A DNA stretch of 64,000 bases, from contig JBMFSQ010000009.1 of NCBI GenBank assembly GCA_049967475.1, positions 48,322 to 112,321 of the forward strand, read 5' to 3'. Both the position numbers and the translations under genes were made by a program. The notes below the pieces were generated by a model, which saw only the letters and a program-made list of their open reading frames with translations, was not told the DNA's origin and did no database searches. Positions 59,391-64,000 of the stretch are shown piece by piece (within the stretch, counting starts at the first letter, position 1; each line of letters begins with the position of its first letter). The DNA comes from Chthonomonadales bacterium. Its GTDB lineage: Bacteria; Armatimonadota; Chthonomonadetes; Chthonomonadales; CAJBBX01.

Positions 59391-61361
59391 TTGGCGACAT
59401 CATTGAACTCAACGCGTAAGGCTTTTTACATTACAACCCCCATTTACTACGTCAACGGGCGGCCTCACATCGGCTCAGCCCTGACGACGGTCTGCTGCGA
59501 TGTCCTTGCGCGGTGGCACCGCCTTCGCGGCCTCCCGGCTTGGTTTCTTACGGGGACGGACGAGCAGGCCACCAAAGTCCATGAGGCCGCCCTTGCTGCA
59601 GGCCTCCCGCCGCAACAATTCGTGGACGGTTTGGCCCAGGAATTCGTGGCTGCATGGCGCTCCCTCCACATCTCCAATGACGATTTCATCCGCACCACAG
59701 AAGCGCGCCACGTGGAGGCGGTGCAAGAATTTTTCCGCAGGTTGCGCGCAACCGGCGACGCATACAAAGGCATGTACGAAGGCTGGTATTGCGTGTCGGA
59801 CGAAACCTTCTTCCGCGAAAGCGATGTTGGGCCCGACCATCTTTGCCCCAATCCGGAATGCCGCAAGCCCCTCCTGCGCGAACAAACGGAAAGCTACTTC
59901 TTCAGGCTCTCTCGGTACGCGGAACCGCTTCTCGCCCATATCGAGGCCAATCCTGGATTCCTGCAACCGGAATTTCGGCGGAACGAGGTTATCTCGTTCA
60001 TCCGGCAGGGGCTGCGGGATATGTCCATCACACGCACCAACCGCGGATGGGGCATCCCTGTTCCCGACGAACCGGACAAGGTCATCTACGTTTGGTTTGA
60101 CGCCCTCATCAACTACCTCGCCGCCACCGGATGGCCGTCGGACCAGCAGCGATACCGTGAGCTCTGGCCCGCCGATGTACACCTTATGGCCAAGGAGATC
60201 TTTGTGCGCTTCCATGCCACGCTGTGGCCTGCCATGTTGCTGGCGATCGGCGTACCGCTGCCCCGAACGGTTTACGCCCACGGCTGGTGGGTAGACGCAG
60301 AGGGGAGGAAGGAAGGGAAGCGCACAGGGGGCCTTCCGCATCCTACTGAGTTCTCAGCAATCATCGCAGGCAAATCCGGCGCCGACCCCGATATAGCCTC
60401 AGACGCTCTGCGCTACCTGCTCCTGCGGGAGATGGTCTTCCACGGAGACAGCGAATTCTCGGAAGCGAGCTTCCTCAAGCGGTACAACACGGACCTTGCC
60501 AATGACCTGGGCAATCTCTGCAATCGCACGGTTACTATGGTGCACCGGTACCTGCAGGGCCGAGCCCCTTCGGGAGGCCCTCTAAGCGCCGAAATCGAGC
60601 AGGTTGCACGCGAAGCAGCCCGCGGTTACAACGCAGCGCTCGAGGAATTCCGCTTCAACACGGCGCTCGAGGCCGTGTGGAGATTGGTGACGCGCACGAA
60701 CCAGTGGATCGAGGAGAAGGCTCCCTGGAGGTTGGCCAAACAGCACGACACTCCGGAGCTGAATTCTGTGCTGGGCACGTGCCTTGCGGCCATCCGTACC
60801 GCTGCCCTCCTGCTCCTTCCTGTGATGCCCGTGGCTGCCGAGAGGATCCTCGAGCAGATCGGCGCCCCTCCCGGCATCCCCCAATCGGAGTCGATAGACG
60901 CAACGCTGTGGGCGCCGCTGCCGGAGGGCGCCCCGATCCCAAGCCCAATCCCTATCTTCCCCCGCATCCAGGAGTTGTCCATGGCAAACGAACGCACAGC
61001 CGAGCCTTCGGTTGCAGAGGAGAAACGGCCTGCCGGAGACGTCATTACCATTGAAGACTTCGCCAAAGTGGACCTGCGCGTGGCGGACGTAATCGCTGCC
61101 GAGCCCGTGCCCGGAGCTACCAAGCTACTCAAGCTTGTTGTGGATCTCGGCGGGGAGCGCCGCACCATCCTGGCGGGCATCGCCGAAATGTACCGCCCGG
61201 AAGAACTTGCCGGTAAGCAAATCGTCCTTTTGGCCAACCTTGCACCTCGCAAGATACGGGGTGTGGAGTCGCAAGGCATGTTCTTGGCTGCGGATGTGGA
61301 CGGCCAAGCAATCCTTCTTCAGCCGGAAACTCGCGTGCCTGCCGGATCCAAAATCCGGTAG
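59391..61361 (+). CDS. metG: Methionyl-tRNA synthetase with C-terminal tRNA-binding domain
   Basis: YITTPIYYVN..PHIG; GTDE; YVWFDAL; LANDLGN; DF.KVDLRV...GVESQGM. Confidence 0.97.
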   Translation: MATSLNSTRKAFYITTPIYYVNGRPHIGSALTTVCCDVLARWHRLRGLPAWFLTGTDEQATKVHEAALAAGLPPQQFVDGLAQEFVAAWRSLHISNDDFIRTTEARHVEAVQEFFRRLRATGDAYKGMYEGWYCVSDETFFRESDVGPDHLCPNPECRKPLLREQTESYFFRLSRYAEPLLAHIEANPGFLQPEFRRNEVISFIRQGLRDMSITRTNRGWGIPVPDEPDKVIYVWFDALINYLAATGWPSDQQRYRELWPADVHLMAKEIFVRFHATLWPAMLLAIGVPLPRTVYAHGWWVDAEGRKEGKRTGGLPHPTEFSAIIAGKSGADPDIASDALRYLLLREMVFHGDSEFSEASFLKRYNTDLANDLGNLCNRTVTMVHRYLQGRAPSGGPLSAEIEQVAREAARGYNAALEEFRFNTALEAVWRLVTRTNQWIEEKAPWRLAKQHDTPELNSVLGTCLAAIRTAALLLLPVMPVAAERILEQIGAPPGIPQSESIDATLWAPLPEGAPIPSPIPIFPRIQELSMANERTAEPSVAEEKRPAGDVITIEDFAKVDLRVADVIAAEPVPGATKLLKLVVDLGGERRTILAGIAEMYRPEELAGKQIVLLANLAPRKIRGVESQGMFLAADVDGQAILLQPETRVPAGSKIR

Positions 61362-61469
61362 GTGTTACAGGCGGCACAGGAGGCAGGCGCATACGGCGAT
61401 GGAGCCAGCCAGGATCGCCCGCGGCTATGCGCGTGTGCTCGAGACCGCTCGGGTCTCGGAGGAGGCACA

Positions 61470-62696
61470 ATGGGCGCTCCACTAACGGATCGCACGAGCC
61501 GGGCCCTAAGCCCTACGGTCCGCGCATTGGGGTTCGTCAGTCTCTTTGCGGATATCTGCAGCGAGATGACCTACCCTATCAACCCTCTGTTCATCACCCA
61601 AGTGCTTGGGGCTCCTGCTTGGGCACTGGGTCTCATCGAGGGAGTGGCCGAGAGCACCGCCAGTCTCCTCAAACTCTATTCCGGCTGGCTCTCGGACCGC
61701 GTGGGACGCCGCAAACCTTTTGCCGTTGCGGGCTATTTCATGGGCGCCATCGGTAAGCCGATGGTGGGTTTGGCGTGGTCGTGGTGGCATGTGCTCATCG
61801 CACGCTTCGTGGACCGAACGGGCAAGGGCCTGCGCACAGCACCGCGCGATGCCCTCGTAGCCGAGAACTGCGATGCGGATCAGCGGGGCCGTGCCTTTGG
61901 GTTCCATCGCAGCATGGACACCGTCGGCGCCGTGCTGGGGCCCTTCCTGGGCTTCGCCCTGATACGGTTTTGGCTGGGCGAGGCGAACATCGGCCACACC
62001 TACCGAATGCTGTATGCGATAGCCTTCCTCCCGGGCATCATCAGCGTCGGGATCCTTTGGGTATTCGTGCGGGAACGGAAGCGGGTCCAGTCGAGACACA
62101 GCGCCGAGCGGCCTGCGCTCCCCACTTGGCGCACGCTGTCGCCAGCCTTCAAAGCCTATCTCGTCATCGTAGCCCTCTTCAGCCTGGGCAATTCGTCCGA
62201 TGCCTTCCTTCTGCTGCGAGCTCAAAAGGACATGGGCGCCGATCCCATGACGTTGCTGCTCCTATACTCCTCCTTCAATGTTGTGGAAGCAGCCCTCGGA
62301 TACCCGGCAGGAAAGCTTTCGGACCACGTGGGACGCCGGATCCTGATTGTGATCGGGTATGCCGTATTCGCTGTTGTGTACTTCGGGTTTGCTGCATACC
62401 AAAACGTGGCCGCCGTTTGGTTCTTCTTCATCCTCTACGGCCTCTATTACACACTCACCCAAGGCGTCCAGCGCGCCTTGGCGGCGGATCTAGCTCATCC
62501 GGACCGCCGCGCAACGGAAATCGGCGCCTTTCACATGGTGGTGGGCCTCGCTGCGCTTCCGGCCAGCTTCATGGCAGGCCAGCTCTACGACCATGTGAGC
62601 CACGGCGCCCCGTTCCTGTTGGGCGCGTCTTGTGCAGGCGCCGCGGCATTCCTCCTGGCCTTGGTGCCGCTGGAGCGGCTCCGGGGAAGTGTTTGA
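61470..62696 (+). CDS. MFS transporter
   Basis: About 12 TM segments; GWLSDRVGRRK; GKGLRTAPRDAL; GKLSDHVGRR; RBS GGAGG. Confidence 0.92.
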   Translation: MGAPLTDRTSRALSPTVRALGFVSLFADICSEMTYPINPLFITQVLGAPAWALGLIEGVAESTASLLKLYSGWLSDRVGRRKPFAVAGYFMGAIGKPMVGLAWSWWHVLIARFVDRTGKGLRTAPRDALVAENCDADQRGRAFGFHRSMDTVGAVLGPFLGFALIRFWLGEANIGHTYRMLYAIAFLPGIISVGILWVFVRERKRVQSRHSAERPALPTWRTLSPAFKAYLVIVALFSLGNSSDAFLLLRAQKDMGADPMTLLLLYSSFNVVEAALGYPAGKLSDHVGRRILIVIGYAVFAVVYFGFAAYQNVAAVWFFFILYGLYYTLTQGVQRALAADLAHPDRRATEIGAFHMVVGLAALPASFMAGQLYDHVSHGAPFLLGASCAGAAAFLLALVPLERLRGSV

Positions 62697-62748
62697 AGCG
62701 TCCGTTGCCGGGCTCAGCCCGTCGGCCGCTATCCCGGCTCCGGCAAAC

Positions 62749-62777
62749 TTGACAGCCGGCCGGATACACGGTAGACT
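62749..62777 (+). promoter_or_regulatory. Sigma-70 promoter
   Basis: TTGACA-17 bp-TAGACT upstream of ATG 62809. Confidence 0.7.
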
Positions 62778-62808
62778 ACCCGCGGATCTACCTGGAGGCG
62801 CAACCCTG

Positions 62809-63405
62809 ATGACGCCACGCCGGGGCAAGACGAGCCGCCCATTGCAAGCCGCATCCCGAAGCTCCGTGCGAAGGAGTACGGGATCAGCATCCCGCACCGC
62901 TGGAGAAGCAGGCCGCCGGCCGCGGCCCAACCAGGCGGGAGCGCTCAAAACTCTGCTGATCGGCCTGCTGCTGGCCATCGGATCGTTCCTTTTCGGGATG
63001 CTGGTGATATCGCCGCTCATTGATGCCTTGCACCGAAATCCGGCGCCCGAAGTGGCAACAGCTCCCTCCGCAACGCCGAGTGCGCCGGCGCCCCCGGCAA
63101 CTACTTCGCGGCCTGCCCCGCCGCCCGCCAGACCCGAGCTGCAAGTGACGCCGGAACCGGGGCCCGCAGCAACGGTACAGCAGCCCGAAACGCCGGACGG
63201 GATGCCGGCGGCGGGAGAAGCAACTGCGCCTTCGGGCATGTCTGCGCCACCGGAGGGGTCCCCAACCACCCCCGCCGGCCAACCCGCCCCAAACACCGAG
63301 CAGCCCAGCCGACGGCGTCGCCACCGCCCCTCAGAAGCACCGCCTACTCCAAATCCCGGATCCGGCCCCAGCGGCGGTGTGCAGCAGGGCGAACCTATCA
63401 ATTAG
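62809..63405 (+). CDS. Single-TM Pro/Ala-rich hypothetical protein
   Basis: Basic N-terminus; TM LLIGLLLAIGSFLFGMLVI; low-complexity tail; GGAGG RBS. Confidence 0.65.
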   Translation: MTPRRGKTSRPLQAASRSSVRRSTGSASRTAGEAGRRPRPNQAGALKTLLIGLLLAIGSFLFGMLVISPLIDALHRNPAPEVATAPSATPSAPAPPATTSRPAPPPARPELQVTPEPGPAATVQQPETPDGMPAAGEATAPSGMSAPPEGSPTTPAGQPAPNTEQPSRRRRHRPSEAPPTPNPGSGPSGGVQQGEPIN

Positions 63406-63496
63406 ATATGGGCGGCGGTGTCGGTCTCTAGGTCTTGACCGCCGGAATGGCCTCGGCGGCGGGGACACGGTGCGATCGGGCGCGGAGAAAGCGACC

Positions 63497-64000
63497 CTAC
63501 GCACGCCGCCAGAATGCCTCACAACGCCGCAGGAATGGGCATTCGCTGCAGGCGGAGATGCGCAGCGGAACAGGCGCGCCCTCACCCTCGTAATCCCGAA
63601 AGGCTATCTCTTCTCCCAGCTCGGTGATCCGACACGAGAACTCTTCCGCCTCATGAGGCGCCATTTCGGCGCTGGCATGGACGCCACTCCGCAAGCAATA
63701 GATGGTCGCGAACACCCTCGCGCCCGGATAGAGGCGTCGGAGGATGAGCTGGTAGATGCCCATGGCTAGGTCCGAAGCCACATCCTCCGGGGCCACCGTG
63801 AGCCTGCCGCTCTTGTAATCAACAATCTCAAGCGATCCGTCCGCATGCCGATCCACCCGATCCACGCGCCCCATGAGAAGAAAACGGCCCATGTCTGTCC
63901 GGAGCACCTTCTCCAGAAGGAGGGTCTGCACGCCGGCTTCTGCGCGGGCTTGCCCCACCGAATGATACGCTGCGATCATCTCCTGTGCTGCCTGCCGAAA
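63497..64000 (-). CDS. PD-(D/E)XK RecB-family nuclease, 5' partial
   Basis: GRVDRVD...IVDYKS; QLxxY-like LAMGIY; C-terminal CSECPFLRRC. Confidence 0.85.
   Translation of the reverse strand, partial: FRQAAQEMIAAYHSVGQARAEAGVQTLLLEKVLRTDMGRFLLMGRVDRVDRHADGSLEIVDYKSGRLTVAPEDVASDLAMGIYQLILRRLYPGARVFATIYCLRSGVHASAEMAPHEAEEFSCRITELGEEIAFRDYEGEGAPVPLRISACSECPFLRRCEAFWRRA

Noticed and set aside
63497..64000. Cas4-like nuclease suggesting CRISPR
   Set aside because: No array or other cas genes seen; the motifs fit a generic RecB-family PD-(D/E)XK nuclease

Overview
GC-rich bacterial chromosomal segment, most likely Armatimonadota (inferred from the [35 protein letters not shown]1559/H-X9-DG prepilin, plus kdsA). 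I can support about 56 CDS and one tRNA-Pro(GGG); I saw no CRISPR array, integrase, transposase or rRNA. The standout is a co-oriented minus-strand corrinoid methyl-transfer cluster of about 15.7 kb (9121-24834). It encodes a ferredoxin, a corrinoid protein, an MtaB-like methanol methyltransferase, a stand-alone homocysteine S-methyltransferase, five UroD/MtaA-like paralogs with differing metal-ligand motifs, an octaheme HAO-like cytochrome, DUF1638, a secreted glycosidase-like protein and a RACo/RamA activator, but no pterin-binding methyltransferase. This suggests a folate-independent route from methanol or O-methyl sugars to methionine (inference). Also present: a prepilin cassette with a CRP-type site between two LivJ-like proteins; a group 3b NiFe hydrogenase operon with an embedded cNMP-binding protein; an acyl-ACP-reductase-like gene pair; a possible remote BshC homolog; a fructosamine kinase/LMW-PTP pair; metY, NIL-metX and metG; housekeeping genes (ruvC, smpB, coaX, dusB, galK, kdsA); and several sugar-catabolic genes. 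All calls come from motifs read by eye; no database searches were run.
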